Shown: positions 12,755-26,374, numbered from the stretch's first letter. The stretch is 64,000 bases of DNA from Chiloscyllium plagiosum (GCF_004010195.1 NC_057718.1:31581479-31645478), one strand, 5' to 3'. Translations and numbers: made by a program. Notes: generated by a model from the sequence alone, not told the origin.

Positions 12755-14855
12755 TGATAGTGATCACAACTTCCTGACCGTTACTATAGGCATGGAGCGG
12801 AATAGGAGCAGGCGGTATGGGAATGTATTTAATTGGGGGAGGGGGAATTACAATGCTATTAGGCAGGAACTGTGGAGCATAAATTGGGAACAGATATTCT
12901 CAGGGAAATGCACGACAGAAATGCAGAGATTGATTAGGGAGCACTTGCTGCGAGCGCTGGATAGGTTTGTCCCACTGAGGCAAGGAAGGGATGGTAGGGT
13001 GAAGGAACCTTGGATGACATGAGATGTGGAATATCTAGTCAAGAGGAAGAAAGAAGCTTACTTAAGGTTGAGCAAGCAAGGATCAGACAAGATCAGTAAG
13101 GCTGTAGAGGGTTACAACGTAGCCAGAAGGGAACTGAAGAATGGATTTAGGAGATGTAGAAGGGGGCATGAAAAAGCCTTTTAGGGTAGAATTAAGGAAA
13201 ATCCTAAGGTGTTTTACACTCATGTGAGGAACAAGAGGATGGCCAGAGTGAGGGTAGGGCCAATCAGGAATAGTTGAGGGAACTTGTGCCTGGAGTCAGA
13301 GGAGGTAGGGGAGGTCCTTAATGAATACTTTACTTCAGTATTCACTAATGAGAGGGAGCTTGGTCTTTGCAAGGACAGTGTGAAACAGGCTGATATGCTA
13401 GAACAGGTTGATGTTAAGATGGAGGATGTGCTGGAAATTTTGAGAAACATGATGATAGATAAGTCCCCTGGGCCAGACGGGATATACCCAAGGTTACTAC
13501 AGGAAGCGAGGGAAGAGATTGGCGATGATCTTTGCATCCTCACTGTCCACTGGAGTAGTACCAGATAATTGGAGGGTGACAAACGTTATTCCCTTGTTCA
13601 AGAAATGGAATAGGAATAACCCTGGGCATTACAGACCAGTCAGTGTTAGGATATTGGAGATGATTCTGAGAGACAGGATTTATGATTATTTGGTAAAGCT
13701 TCATTTGATTAGAGATAGTCAGCATGGCTTTGTGAGGGAGAGGTCATGTCTCAAAAGCCTTATTGAATTCTTTGAGGATGTGACAAAACACTTTGATGAA
13801 GGTAGAGCAGTGGATGTGATGTATTTGGATTTTAGCAAGGTGTTTGATAAGATTCCCCATGGTAGACTTATTCAGAAAGTAAGGAGGTATGGGATAGAGG
13901 GAAATTTGGCTGTCTAGATATAGAATTAGTTGGCCCATGGAACACAGAGAGTGGTAGTAGATGGAAAGTGTTCAGCCTGGAGCTTGGTGACTGGTGGTGT
14001 TCTGCATGGATATGTTCTGGGACTTCTGCTGTATTTGATTTTTATAAATGACTTGGATGAGGAAATGGAAGAGTGGGTTAGTAATTTTGTCAATGACACG
14101 AAGGTTAGTGGAGTTGTGGAAATGTGGAGGATTGTTATAGGTTAAAATGGGGCATTGACAGGATGCAGAGCTGGGCTGATGAATGGCAGATGGAGTTCAA
14201 CCTGGAAAAGTGTGAAGTGATTCATTTTGGAAGGTTGAATTTGAATGCAGATTACAGGGTTAAAGACAGGATTCTTGGCAGTGTGGAGGAAAAGAGGGAT
14301 CTTGGGGCCCATGTCCATAGATCACTCAAAGTTGAAAGGGTTGTTGAGAAGGCGTATGGTGTGTTGGCTTTCATTAGCAGGGAGATTGAGTTTAAGAGCT
14401 GCGAGGTTATGTTGGAGCTCTACAGAGCCCTGGTTAGACCACATCTGGAATATTGTGTTCCGTTCTGATTGCCTCATTATAGGAAGAATGTGAAAGCATT
14501 AGAGAGGGTGCAAAGGAGATTTACCAGGGTGCTGCCTGCACTGGAAGGCATGCTTATGAAGAAAGGTTGAGGAAGCTAGGACCTTTCTCATTGGAACAAA
14601 GAAGGATGAGAGGTTACTTGGTAGAGGTGTACAAGATGAAGAGAGGCATAGACAGAGAGTGGTGGATGCATGGAATGCACTGCCATCCATGGTAATAGAG
14701 TCAGATACATTGGGGACACTTAAGTGACTTTTGGATAGGCACTGGATAGATAAAATGAAGGATTTGTGGGTTAGTTTGATCTCAGAGTAGGATAACAGGT
14801 CAGCAGAACATCAGGGGCCGAAGGGCCTATACTGTGCTGTATTGTTCTTTGTTCA
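12755..14855 (+). mobile_element. 5'-truncated CR1 LINE ORF2 (RT) pseudogene with 3' UTR
   Basis: Motifs DKSPGPDGIYPRLL, SQHGFVRERSCLKSLIEFFE, YLDFSKVFDKIPHGRL, FINDLD, FVNDTK and LYRALVRPHLEYCV, with multiple stops and frameshifts. Confidence 0.95.
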
Positions 14856-14929
14856 TGTTTGTCACACCAGACAGATACTGGGAAACTAATTAGTATTTCA
14901 GGCTAAGGCTGGAAGCCACTGGCAGAGAG

Positions 14930-15057
14930 AGGAAAGGGAGGACTGCAGATGCTGGAAATCAGAGTTGAGAGCGTGGTGCTGGAAAAGCACAGCCGGTCAG
15001 GCAGCATTCGAGGAGCAGAGGAGTTGACATTTCAAGCATAAGCTCTTCATCAGGAAT
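14930..15057 (-). mobile_element. Short Penelope-derived element (family B) with degenerate hammerhead
   Basis: Minus strand reads attc-CTGATGA-a-gagc-ttat-gctt-GAAA-TG-TC (~15024-15057), followed by the family B tail ctgctcc...gctgcctgacc...ttttccagcaccac. Confidence 0.7.
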
Positions 15058-15454
15058 ATCAGTCAATGTCACCTTACATCATGATGCCACTCAAAAGTGT
15101 GCAATGGGAAAAAAATAGCTGCAACTACTCACAGAGGGGGCAGGGTAAGTAACTCAACTCTCAGGGAGGGCCAGCAAGAACTTCAATCAATGGACTTATA
15201 AAGCAAAGAACATTGGTCACAGATCCATGCACAGTGCAAGACACAGGCCTACAGAATGCCTACACCCTGACTGTCCTCCATCATGAACCCTCTCTGTGCG
15301 TTGTACCTTTCTGGCAAAGCAACCGACCCTTTGAGTACAGTGGAAACTGCCCATGAGGGAAGTTGGATGTGGATGGTCAGAGGTGGCAGCATGACCTAAT
15401 GCCATGTGGATGCATTGATACCCCAGCTTCCAGATGGTGCCATATACTCTAACC

Positions 15455-15679
15455 ACAGAGTCTAATCCACTGAGCTTCTTATGATATGCTGGCCATTCCT
15501 CAAGAGGAGACTGCACTGACCCAGATGGCAACCTCTAACCAAGCTGTGTGGGTCAGTTGGCACAACCTCCTCTGCTGGTCCTCCAGGAACAGGAATCCTT
15601 TCCTCTGGACCATCTCATTCACCAAGACCTTCAGGTCCCTGTTGGAGAATTGTGGTGCCACCTTCCCCTTCTCTGCCAT
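15455..15679 (-). pseudogene. Myb/SANT-like (trihelix) DNA-binding ORF remnant of a PIF/Harbinger transposon
   Basis: Manual translation from ATG 15679 gives MAEKGKVAPQFSNRDLKVLVNEMVQRKGFLFLEDQQRRLCQLTHTAWLEVAIWVSAVSS*, then frameshifted ...HKKLSGL. This fits the Myb_DNA-bind_5/NAIF1-like pattern. Confidence 0.7.
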
Positions 15680-16589
15680 GTTCTAACTCTGTTCATCAAA
15701 GTGCAGCGTATCTTTAGAATGATAGTGCCCATCTGGGAGCACAGAGACCTACTAAAAATGGCATAGTTGCAAGGAATACCAAGCTTTTGGCTAATAGCAA
15801 TGAATGATGAGTTGGTCTGGGAGCAGCATAAGATGGGGTGAAAATCAGGCATCAGATATGCCATGGAGTCGGTAGGTAATTAATATGGTGAGTTTGGCAA
15901 GATAGAGTGGGAAATCTCATTAGGCCTCATGATGAAAATCCCTCCAAAAAAACTTGACTTATCTTGAGTTTAACTGAAAGAATGTAGGCTTCAGCCCAGC
16001 GATTTAAATTGTTCAGGTACAAATCTCACCTTAAATTAATGCATGTCACACTCCAAATTAATTCTCCAGTCCAGTGGACTCATTATCCAGTCCATTGAAA
16101 AGAAATGCTAGGAAAGTAGACAAACTTACTGCGGCCTTAAAATAGTGAGGACTTTATCTTTTCTGTAATTATCTTCATTAGTTTGGCCATAATATTCCCT
16201 GCCTCCCAGAGGTGAGACCAGGAGGAACTCGGCAAAGGGTTAGTAGATTGACATATTCCCGCTGCAAAGGTGGGTCACCACTTCAACCCAGCTAGAAGCA
16301 ATGGGTACCAGTTTGAATAATTAACTCACTACTTGTGGGCTGTCTGGGGATATTGCTGGGATCTTCCTACATGGGCAATGAATTCAAAACCCACAGTGCC
16401 TGGAGGTGGCTTGCTAGCAGCTGGCCTGGGGTGAGGTTTGAGGAGCAGCAAAGCCTCCAGTTCCCCTACCAGACAGATGGTCTCAGTAGGCCACCCAGTT
16501 GTAATCAAACTATTTGTTGTATTCAATTGCATTTGTTGAATAACTCAGTCAGAGACGCACTATGCTGTCAAGCTGTCTTTATAATATTC

Positions 16590-17050
16590 ACAAGAATGAT
16601 TCCAAAGATAAGGAACTGAGGACAGATTGAAGAGGTTGAGATTGTTCTCCTCAGAGAGAAGGTTAAGAGGTGATCCACTGGAGGTTTTCCAAATCATGAG
16701 TGGGTTGGATAGAATAGAAAGGGAGGAGCTGTTTCCAAATGTAAAAGGAACAACAACAAAAGAGCGTAGATTGAAAGCAATCTGCAAAAAGCAAGGGTCA
16801 AGTGAGGAAAAGTTCTTTCACCCAGCGACTAACTGGGGATATGGAATGCACTGTCTGAAAATGTGGTGGAGGCAGGTTCAGTTTAGGCAATCACTGGGCG
16901 TTAGATGGTTATTTGGATAAGTGATAATGTACAAGAGTTTGGGGTAAAAGCAGGTTATTAGAACCAAGTAATGATGCTCATTTCACAAGGCAATGCAGGC
17001 ACAATGGGCTGAATGGCCTCCTTGGAACCATAATGCTGCTGTGAGTCTAT
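16590..17050 (+). mobile_element. Old CR1 3' fragment
   Basis: RLRLFSSERRLRGDPLEVFQIMSGLDRIEREELFP. Confidence 0.8.
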
Positions 17051-17688
17051 AATAATGGCAAATAATGATATATAGACCAAAATACAACTACACAACTTAG
17101 AGAAATCCATGCTTATAATTTAAGATGAACAAATATTGGCAAGTAATGTAAGTACCATATATTTCACTAAAAATATGTTCATTGCCCTTTGTAAGACATC
17201 TTTAGATTGAGTTATGTTTCCCTATTAAATGTTCCCTTTCTGAATAGCAAGGCCAATTGGTTGCATTTTTTCATAAATCTTATGTGTTAACTTGCCATAT
17301 TCCTCAAGCAAGAGTGATACAGAAGTCTTCAGTTAGATCAAGGCCAGACAGTTTCTCCTGCTTCAAATTAACCATTGATGTCAAACCATCATTTATGTTT
17401 AGTTCCTTGGTGCAGCAGTTTTCAAATAATATTTTTAAAACATGTGTTCATTAACTAAAGAGAAACTGGCCTCTAGAAACAATGGTTGTCTGCAACTAGG
17501 TATCTGAAAATGCAGTTCAATCTAGGAAGAGTGATTCTATTTAATTTAATTAAAGCAGTAGACATTGTTTACTTGGACTTTAATAAGCCTTTGACAGGGT
17601 TCTGCATGGTGGACTAATTAGTAAGTTATATCAATGGGATTCAGGGTGAGCTTGCCTGTTGAATACAAAATTGGCTTGATGATAGGAG

Positions 17689-17775
17689 CTGAAAAATGTG
17701 TTGCTGGAAAAGCGCAGCAGGTCAGGCAGCATCCAAGGAGCAGGAGAATCGACATTTCGGGCATAAGCCCTGCTT
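17689..17775 (-). mobile_element. 87-bp Penelope-derived insertion (family B), hammerhead truncated at stem II
   Basis: 14-bp TSD cttgatgataggag at 17675-17688 and 17776-17789. Minus strand reads agggcttatgcccGAAAtgtcgattctcc without the CTGANGA half. Confidence 0.75.
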
Positions 17776-18249
17776 CTTGATGATAGGAGAGTCAGAGTGG
17801 TGGTGGAGGGTTGTTTTTCAGATTGGAGGCCTGTGACCAGCGGTGTTCCACAGGAATCAGTACAGGATCCACTTTTGTTTGCCACTTACAGAAATGAATT
17901 GGATGAAAATGTAGAAGGCATGGTTAGTAAGTTTGCAGATGACACCAAAATTGATGGTACCGCGGACAGTGTGGAAAGTTATCCAAGATTACAAAGAAAT
18001 TGTGTTCAATTAGTTCAATAGGCTGAGGAGTGATAGATGGAGTTTGGATAAATTCAAGATATTGCATTTTGTCCTTAAATAAGGACAGGACTTATACAAT
18101 TAATGGTAGGGTCTTGGGAAGTCTTGTAGAACAGAGAGAATGCAGGATTCAGGTCCATAATTCTTTGAAATTTGTGTCACAGGTAGACAGGGTGGTTAAG
18201 CAGGCATTCAGCACGCTTGCCTTCATTGCTCAGATCTTTGAATATAGGA

Positions 18250-18389
18250 GCAAATTACTGCAGATGCTGCAAGCTGTACTGAAAACAACAAATGCTGGAG
18301 ATCACAGCAGAGTCTTCTAGACTCAAAACATTAGCTTGCTCTTTCTCCATGGATGCTGTCTGACCTGCTGAGTTCTCCAGCATTTATTG
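18250..18389. mobile_element. 140-bp foldback insertion, probably Penelope-derived (family D)
   Basis: TSD ctttga(a/g)tatagga at 18236-18249 and 18390-18403. Internal inverted arms aaatgctggagatcacagcag and ctgctgagttctccagcattt. Related to 54074-54208. Confidence 0.6.
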
Positions 18390-20534
18390 CTTTGAGTATA
18401 GGATTGGGACATCATGTTGAGGTTTTACAGGACGTTGGTAAGGCCTCTTCTGGAGTACTGTATGCAGTTCTAGTCATCCTACAATAGGCAAGACATATTA
18501 AACTGGAGAGGGTTCAGAAAAGATCTATCAGGATGTTGCTGGGAATGGAAGGTTTGAGTTATAAAAATAGGCTTGATAGATTAGGACTTTTTTCACTAGA
18601 GTGTAAGAGGTTGAGGGTGACCTTATAGAGGTTTATAAAATCATGAGAGGCATAGATAAGGTGAATAGCAAAGGTCTTTTCCCTAGGCTGGGGAAGTTCG
18701 AAACCAGGGTGCATATTTTTAAGGTGAGAGGAGAAAGTTTTAAAAAGGATATGAGGGGCAACTGTTTTACACAGAAGGTGGTTTGTGTGGGGAATGAACT
18801 GCCAGAAAACGTGGTGGATGCAGGTATGTAACAACATTTAAAAGACACTTGGATAGTTACATGAATAGGAAAGGTTTGGAGGGATATGGGCCAAAGGCAG
18901 GTTAGTGGGATTAGTTTCGTTTAGGAACATGGTCAGCATGGACGAGTTGGACCGAAGGGTCTGTTTCCACGCTCTATGACTCTAGTAATTTCCTACTCCT
19001 GTTCCATGGACAAACACTTTATAACTGATCACCTGGTGGCATGAAAACATTTTCAAGAGTAAACCAAATGAAGAGACTCAATGCTGATATCCAAATTATA
19101 CAATTCCATGTTAGATCAAGGCTACCAATGAGTCATTTACAAGACTCTAATTGGAGTTTCATGTTGTTTATTGAAAAATCTCCATCATCTAAGAATATGC
19201 CACAATGACATTAAACAGAAATCCATCAGGCAGGTAGAAAATAACGATTTTTCTTTGTTCACAGATGCACACCGTATGTATAAAACAAGGGAACAGTGTG
19301 TGATATATCCTGCAAGGAAACCCCATACAAATAAATTTGAACAAAATCAGATTACAAGATTTGAAAAAGAAACTTGACGTTTGCATGCAAACCTTCTTGA
19401 TATTCTTTGCCTCAAGCAGTCTGCAAGTTAGTACCAAAGACATTTTACAGTGCACAACTTTGTTTAAATTATGTCTAGATTTAGCTTTCCTTAATTTAGT
19501 TAATGAAATGTTACATAATCCAGGAATAAAGTCTGCATAACCACTCGCCAATAGAAATAGATCTGTTTTCACTGCGTCTTTTGTAACTAAATAAATTAAC
19601 CTTAAAAAGCTCAATTTAAAAAAAAAATGCTTGAAAGTTTTCTTCAATGTCGCATTGAGTATCAAAATTATTCATAAATATACATCCAGTTTCTCCCCTA
19701 CTTAATAAAATCTTATTGATACCCTGAGGTTGATCCATAAGGCAAAACAGGAGTTGTCCCACATGGACAACTTTGCAACTTTGCAACTTCTGGGACAGAG
19801 AGTTGCTGTCAGAGTTTTAGTGAAATCTTTTTAAACAAACATCGGGGTACGGTAGGTAATGCTTGTATGACCATTGTGAACTGGCACTAAAGCTGAGATA
19901 GGGCAGTTCTCAAAATGAGTTTTGTATCCGTCTACCAATACTTCTTGTTGAAAACAAACACTGCAAGTTGAATATTTTGTGTTCACAGTCTTTTGAAGAA
20001 TAGCTCTGAGTCAATCTACAATATTTGAAACATTTTAAGACAACTCTTTAAAAGTTTCAGTGCAACAGACTTAGAACTGCATGTCTACATACTCTAATCA
20101 TATAAAACGTATGAACAATGCAAGTTTCTCTCATACAACGTAATATTCACTGAGTAACCATCAAATAATATTTGCATATTTAAATTCAAAAGGAGGAGAA
20201 AATGTTAATTAATTTTTTATTCGAGTAGTCAGTAATAACATTTAGTCCTTATGATAGGAAAATAAATTTAAAAACTGGTAAGAGGACAGAATAACTTGTG
20301 GCAAATAAAAAAACTTTTTGGTTATTCTGATTTTATGCATCAAACCAAAGTTATTAGCACCTGATAGATCATTCACAGGATATAAATATTTGTATCAGAG
20401 GCAGATTTGTACTACAACATTCCAGTTTTGCCTTTAATTGAAGGGAGAAGGAAATATATGGATATATATATATTTTGTTTAAATTATAAAAACAAACAAA
20501 AAAGCAACTGGCATCTACTGCTGTGTTTAAATAT

Positions 20535-21147
20535 AGAGTCATAGAGTCATAGAGATGTACAGCATGGAAATAGACCCTTCGGTCCAACTCTTCCATGTCG
20601 ACCAAATATCCCAACCCCATCCAGTCCCACCTGCCAGCAGCTGGCCTATATCCCTCAAAACCCTTCTTATTCATTTACGCATCCAGATGCCTTTTAAATG
20701 TTGCAATTGTACCAGCCTCCACCACTTCCTCTGGCAGCTCATTCCATACATGTACCACCCTCTGAGTGAAAAAGTTGCCCCTTAGGTCTCTTTTATATCT
20801 TTCCCCTCTCACCCTAAACCTATGCCCTCTAGTTGTGGACTCCCCGACCCCAGGGAAAAGACTTTGTCTATTTATCCTATCCATGTTCCTCATGATTTTA
20901 TAAACCTCTATAAGGTCACCCCTCAGCCTCCAGTGCTCCAGGGAAAACAGCCCCAGCCTATTCAACCTGTCCCTATAGCTCAAATCCTCCAACCCTGGCA
21001 ACATCCTTGTAAATCTTTCCTGAATCCTTTCAAGTTTCACATCTTTCTGATAGGAAGGAGACCAGAATTGCATGCAATATTCCAACAGTGGCCTAACCAA
21101 TGTCCTGTACAGCCGCAACATGACCTCCCAACTGCTGTACTCAATAC
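20535..21147 (-). mobile_element. Young CR1 LINE 3' fragment
   Basis: ORF 20675-21121 (LYRTLVRPLLEYCMQFWSP...FFTQRVVHVWNELPEEVVEAG) with a (ctctatga)n tail. Confidence 0.95.
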
Positions 21148-21249
21148 AAATATCTTTGAAACTAAATTTCTTGTCAATTTACATTCAATAAACTTTATTT
21201 ACAGTATTGACTTTAAACTGCGTGACTTGCTGGGCCAGTTTTGAGAGCA

Positions 21250-21527
21250 ATTAACAGTTAGCCCATTACAATGGGTCTGGAGTCACATGTAGGCCAGACC
21301 AGATAAGGGCAGCAGATTTCCTTTCCTAAAGGGCATTAGCAAGCCGGATTACAATGATTGATGACACTGACCTTTACTACGACTAGTTTCACATTCCACA
21401 TTTATGAGATGAATTTAGATTCCATGATATACCGTGATGGGATTTGAACCCATGTCTTCACAGTGTTTGTCTCTGGGCCTCGGGACTACTAAACCAGCGA
21501 CATTCTCATGATGGCACCATCTCCACC
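21250..21527 (-). mobile_element. tRNA-derived SINE, second family
   Basis: Reverse complement of the 25360-25668 family (B box gggttcaaatccc; ctaatgccctttaggaaaggaaatctgc). Confidence 0.65.
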
Positions 21528-21529
21528 TA

Positions 21530-22580
21530 ATACTGATGGATGTAGCTTATATGGACTTTTATAAGGTACTGGATAAAACGTCACACAAGACATTGTCAGC
21601 TAAACTGAAAACTTAGTGAATTTAAAGCAAATGATTGATTTGGTTAGGAGAATGGTTCGATCATAAAGGCAGGTAATAGGGATAATGGGAATGGACTCAA
21701 ATTGAAAGGAAAGGACAATGCAGGCCTCAACTATTCGCTATATTTATTAATATCTCAGATAAAGCAGTAGAGGGCACTGTGGATGTACTGACAACAGATG
21801 GACGGCAGTGACTCAAGAAGGTGACTTACCGTCATCTTCTCAGGACAGTTAGGAATGGCCACAAATGTGGTCTTGCCAACAATGCTGATCTTCTGTGAAA
21901 GAATTTTAAAAATGTAATTGTAAGTGGATAAAACAATGGTAATGGATTGTAATACAGGTGACCATGAGATCATTCGGACTGCACCAAATATAAGTAATCA
22001 ATTATTATTTAAATGGCTGAAAGCTAGGAACAGAGAAGATCCAAATATATTGCGGAGTCCATGTACAGTGAGGCCACAACTGGAGTACTACATGCAGGCC
22101 TGGTAAAGAAAGGATGTGATGCACTGGAGTGAGGATGGAGGAGATTTACCAGGATTTTGTCGGGACTGGAGGGTCTGAACTATGAGGAAAGATTGGATAG
22201 ATTGGTGGTGTTTTCCTTACAGCAGCAAAGGTTGAAAGAGGACCTGATGGAGGTGTATAAGGTAATGAGAGGCACTGAAAGGGTAGTCAGGAAGACACTT
22301 TTTGTATTGCAGAGGGATCAAGAACCACAGTGCATAGATTTAAGATAAAGTGTAGAAAGCTAAGAGCACTGGGGCTTTGGACTTCACTTCCTGACAGAAC
22401 AGTGAGTCAGAAAGTCTCCTAACATTTAAGCAGTATTTAAATGGTCTCTTGTACTGCCATAGACTCCAGAGCCTTGGGCCAAGAGTTGAAAAATGGAATT
22501 AGTCAAGTCAGATCTTTATTGACCAGCATGAATACAATAGGCTAAATGTTCGTTGTGTGCCACAAAGGTCTGGGAGTCTA
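21530..22580 (+). mobile_element. Degenerate CR1 fragments
   Basis: VRPQLEYYMQAW and GLEGLNYEERLDRLVVFSLQQQRLKEDLMEVYKVM. Confidence 0.7.
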
Positions 22581-23011
22581 TCAATAAAATTGAATAGACA
22601 GGCACAGAAAATAATCAAAAAGTGAACTGCCTTTAAAACCCATAGGTCCCTCTATTCCTAGAGTCATCACAAATTTGAAAAGTTTAATAAAATTATCCAA
22701 ATTCCTAAGTTTATCTGACTGATAAATTCAGGTTTAAAAAAAAGCTTGACAGGTACTAAACAAGAATGCCACGATTTATTGCAAACAGATTATTTTTCAT
22801 CAATGTCAGAAATGAAATGAATTGCTAACTTATGGTTCCTTATAACCTAAATTTTACCCCTTTTCAATTCCCCTTTCACAAAACCAGATGCACAAAGACA
22901 AAATAGACTTTAAGGGGGTGGAAAAAAACAATAATCAGGCAAACACAATTCAGTGGCACCAATCTGCACCACAGGAAATGATGGGTTGTTTTATTTTAGT
23001 TTCTTCCAAGT

Positions 23012-23101
23012 CCAGCGCTCCGAAAGCCAGTTCTTTCAAATAAACCTGTTGGATTATAACCTGGATTTGTGTAAATTTTAACTTTGTACACTCCAGTCCA
23101 T
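23012..23101 (+). mobile_element. Penelope-derived family A tail fragment
   Basis: gcgctccgaaagccag...aataaacctgttggattataacctgg...actttgtacactccagtcca; only the 3' half of the hammerhead is retained. Confidence 0.65.
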
Positions 23102-23639
23102 ACTGTTGATCACAGTTGATAAGGCAAGATTGTTTGCATGCTGATTCTATATCTTTCATTCACAGTTCAGAACTTTACCCCTTTCAGAGTCTCTGAAGGT
23201 GATCTTCCCTTTTTTGTTTCAGCAAACGAATTTGTAGACAGAGAAGTTTACAGAGGAAAGGGTGAGTGAGGGTAGATACCAGGAGATTGTCTGTTACTTC
23301 TCCACATAGGAAGGAGAGAAAATGATTTGTGCTTTTCCTTTTTGCTGGTTCGAAGCTTCTGGAAGCTCCCCCAACACAAGCCATGATCACATGGTCAGCA
23401 GCCAATCAAAACATTGTTATTATGTAGTTGTCCCTTAGTTCAGAACCCAGCAGATTCACAATGCCTGTCTTTGCTCCCATTGATCCAGAAAAAGGTAATA
23501 TTGAATATACAGCCCACAATATGCTGCAATATATGAGTTCTAAAACTACACAGGTATCTTTACACAGTCACTTTGGTTTAAAGCAGTATCATCCCTTTTT
23601 AGTGCTTGCTCCAAAAGACTAAAGGAAATAAAAAGATAT

Positions 23640-24510
23640 GGTCAATGGTATCTCATACGATGATAATAGTGAGGGATTAGAGAATAGTAATGTCATTAAA
23701 TATTTAAGTGCAATGGTTAGATTCTCTCTCATTGGAGATGGTCATTGCTTGGCACTTATGTGGTGCAAATGTTACTTACCATTTATCAGACAAAACCTGG
23801 ATAATGTCCAGATCCTGTTTCATATGAATATAAGCTGCGTCAATATCTGAAGAGTTATGAATGGTGCTGAACATTGAACAATCATCAGTGAAATCCTCAC
23901 CTCTGACCTTATGATGGAGGGAAAGGCATTGATGAAGCAGCTGAAGATGGTCAGGTTGCAACTCTGAGGAACTCCTCCAGAGCTGGAGCTGAGATATTTA
24001 ATATGATGAGATGCTCAGATGCTGTCTCCAAAAACCACAGCCATCTTTCTCTATGCCAGGTATGACATTGAAGTGGAGAGTTTTCTCTCCCCAAGTCTCA
24101 TTGACTGTAATTGTATGAGGGGTCCTTGACACCACACTTAGTCAAATGCATCTTTGATGCCAAGGACAGTCATAGAGTCATAGAGATGTACAGCACGGAA
24201 ACAGACCCTTCAGTCCAACCCATCCATGCTAACCAGATATCCCAACCCAATCTAGTCCCACCTGCCAGCACCCAGCCCATATCCCTCCAATCCCTTCCTA
24301 TTCACATACCCATCCAAATGCCTCTTAAATGTTGCAATTGTACCAGCCTCCACCACTACCTCTGGCAACTCATTTCATACACGTACCACTCTCTGTGTGA
24401 AAACGTTGCCCCAGTTAACCTCAAGAATTTAGCTCTTTTGTCCATTGCTGAACAAAGAGGTCAGGAGCCGAGTGGCCTTGGCTGAACTCAAACTGAAGTC
24501 AGTCAGAGGT
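23640..24510 (-). mobile_element. Old CR1/L2-group LINE RT fragment with nested CR1 3' end (~24165-24412)
   Basis: DFTDDCSMFSTIHNSSD...MKQDLDIIQVLSDKW. The nested segment matches the young CR1 3' UTR. Confidence 0.75.
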
Positions 24511-25190
24511 TATTGTGAAGCAAGTGCTGTTTGACAATTGATGATCCCTTCCAATACTTTGACACTCAAGATTCTGGGGAGATTGCTACCAATGCATCTA
24601 CTATCTCTGTAGTTGTTTCCTTTATGTCCTAGGATGAAGCTCAGGGGACTTAACAACTCTTTAACACTATTAGCTTCCCTAGAATATTTTCTCCAGTGAT
24701 TGTTATAGTATTTATTTCCTTCTTTTTGGCCCCTTTGATTATTTAGTAGTTTTAGAATGCTATTAATGTCCTCTACTGCAAAGTCTGTTACAAGATATTT
24801 ATTCAACTCCTCTGCTATTTTGTGGCTTCCATTATTGTTCCTCCAGACTCATTCTTGAAGAAACCTATGTTCACTTTGGCCTCTCCTTTCCCTTCCATAT
24901 ATTTAAAGAGGCTCTTGCTGTTTATTTTGAAATTACTTGCTAGTTTGCCCTCAGAGTTTAGTTTCTCCTTCTTTGTTATTTTTTGATTTGCTCTTGTTGG
25001 CTTTAAAAACTTTCTCAATCTTCTGGTTGACCAGTAGTTTTTGCAACATTGTTCATTTCTTTCGGTCAATTTGATACTAGCCATAACTTACTTGGTTAAC
25101 CAGTTTATCCCCTTCTTAAAGTCTTTCTTCTTCAGTGGGATGTATCTTTGCTGTGAATCATGATCTATTTCTTCAAATGCCTGCCATTTT
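24510..25190 (-). mobile_element. Old CR1 ORF2 fragment (tether region)
   Basis: KLASNFKINSKSLFKYMEGKGEAKVNIG and LNKYLVTDFAVED-like segments. Confidence 0.7.
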
Positions 25191-25359
25191 TACACATTCT
25201 TGCTGTTTAGAAGGAGTAACGATCACTTTGAGTTTGAGGTGCAAATTCTTGGATCTATTCAAACTTAAAACTTTTGATCAAGCCAGAAATGAACATGTGC
25301 TGGGAGTCTGAAAAATGTGAAAATCATCATCCCAAGAAGGGGGCTCAAAACATGCAGGA

Positions 25360-25668
25360 ATGATGGCCTACTGATAATTATCGCTGGACTGTTAATCTAG
25401 AGATCCAGATAATGCCCTGGAGACCCAGGTTTGAATCCTACCATGGCAGATGGTGGAATTTGAATTCAATAAATATCTGGAATTAAGAATCTAAAGATGA
25501 CTATGAATTAAATGTTTGAAAGATTCATCTGGTTCATCAATGTCCTTTAGGAAAGGAAACTGCTGTCCTTACCTGGTCTGGCCTCCATATGACTCCAGAC
25601 TCATAGCAATGTGGTTGACAACTAACTGCCCTTTGGGCAATAAATGCTACCTAGCCAGTGAATGAGTA
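25360..25668 (+). mobile_element. tRNA-derived SINE, second family, sharing 3' tail with the old LINE family
   Basis: B box ggtttgaatcc, conserved core catctggttcatcaatgtcctttaggaaaggaaactgc, and tail gggcaataaatgctacctagccag. Confidence 0.7.
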
Positions 25669-26374
25669 AAGCTGGCATGTGAATTTGTTAATGTGTAAAA
25701 GCTGTTGCATGGCATCTACCACACAACTCTGGCTGCCAGGAGGTTATTTCATTCTTGCCACTAGCCATGGGCTGATTAGAAGGAATTACAAGTTGCCAGT
25801 CAAGCTTTTTAGTCACATTATGAATGCAGCTACCAAGGTCTTGAATCTCAAGGCAGGACTTGAATCAGGGACATGACATACTGCACCATAAGACCTTTTT
25901 AAAGTATTTAACATATAGTGAGGTAGGAGCATATGCATAGTGCATGGAATTATTAAATTGGATTCCTTATCAGTGGGCAGGTGAGTTTTCATGGAGCTTT
26001 CTTTGATAATTGTTGTATTTCCCAAATGTTAGAAATAAATATTATACAGTACTTATTCAGGGTGAACTTGTTGGTGCTGTTTGTGGGAAACTAATCATTT
26101 TATTGCTATCTTGGAAGAAGTCCCCATTTCTTCCCTCTGAGAGAGAGCACAGCTTGAAAACAGGAAGCAGAAGAGATTGGCTATCAGATCTGGGCCCAGC
26201 TGAGGAGGATTGTCAAATTTAAGACATTATATGAACCCATTCCTCTCTTGAATTCAGAAGATTAATGAATGGCAAGGCCTGCTGGGGAGACAGTGAAACG
26301 CTAAGCTTTTCTCTTCGTTTTTTTTTCTGTCCTTCAGCCTTAATGGTTTTCCCCAACCTTCTTCACCTGTTTTA

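Larger units (their letters stand above)
17545..18985 (+). mobile_element. CR1 LINE RT fragment containing two short insertions
   Basis: Motifs WRPVTSGVPQESVQDPLLF, SKFADDTKI and FTQKVVCVGNELPE, plus CR1 3' UTR. Confidence 0.9.

Noticed and set aside
19189..19665. 158-aa minus-strand ORF
   Set aside because: AT-rich low-information composition, non-ATG start and no recognisable motif.
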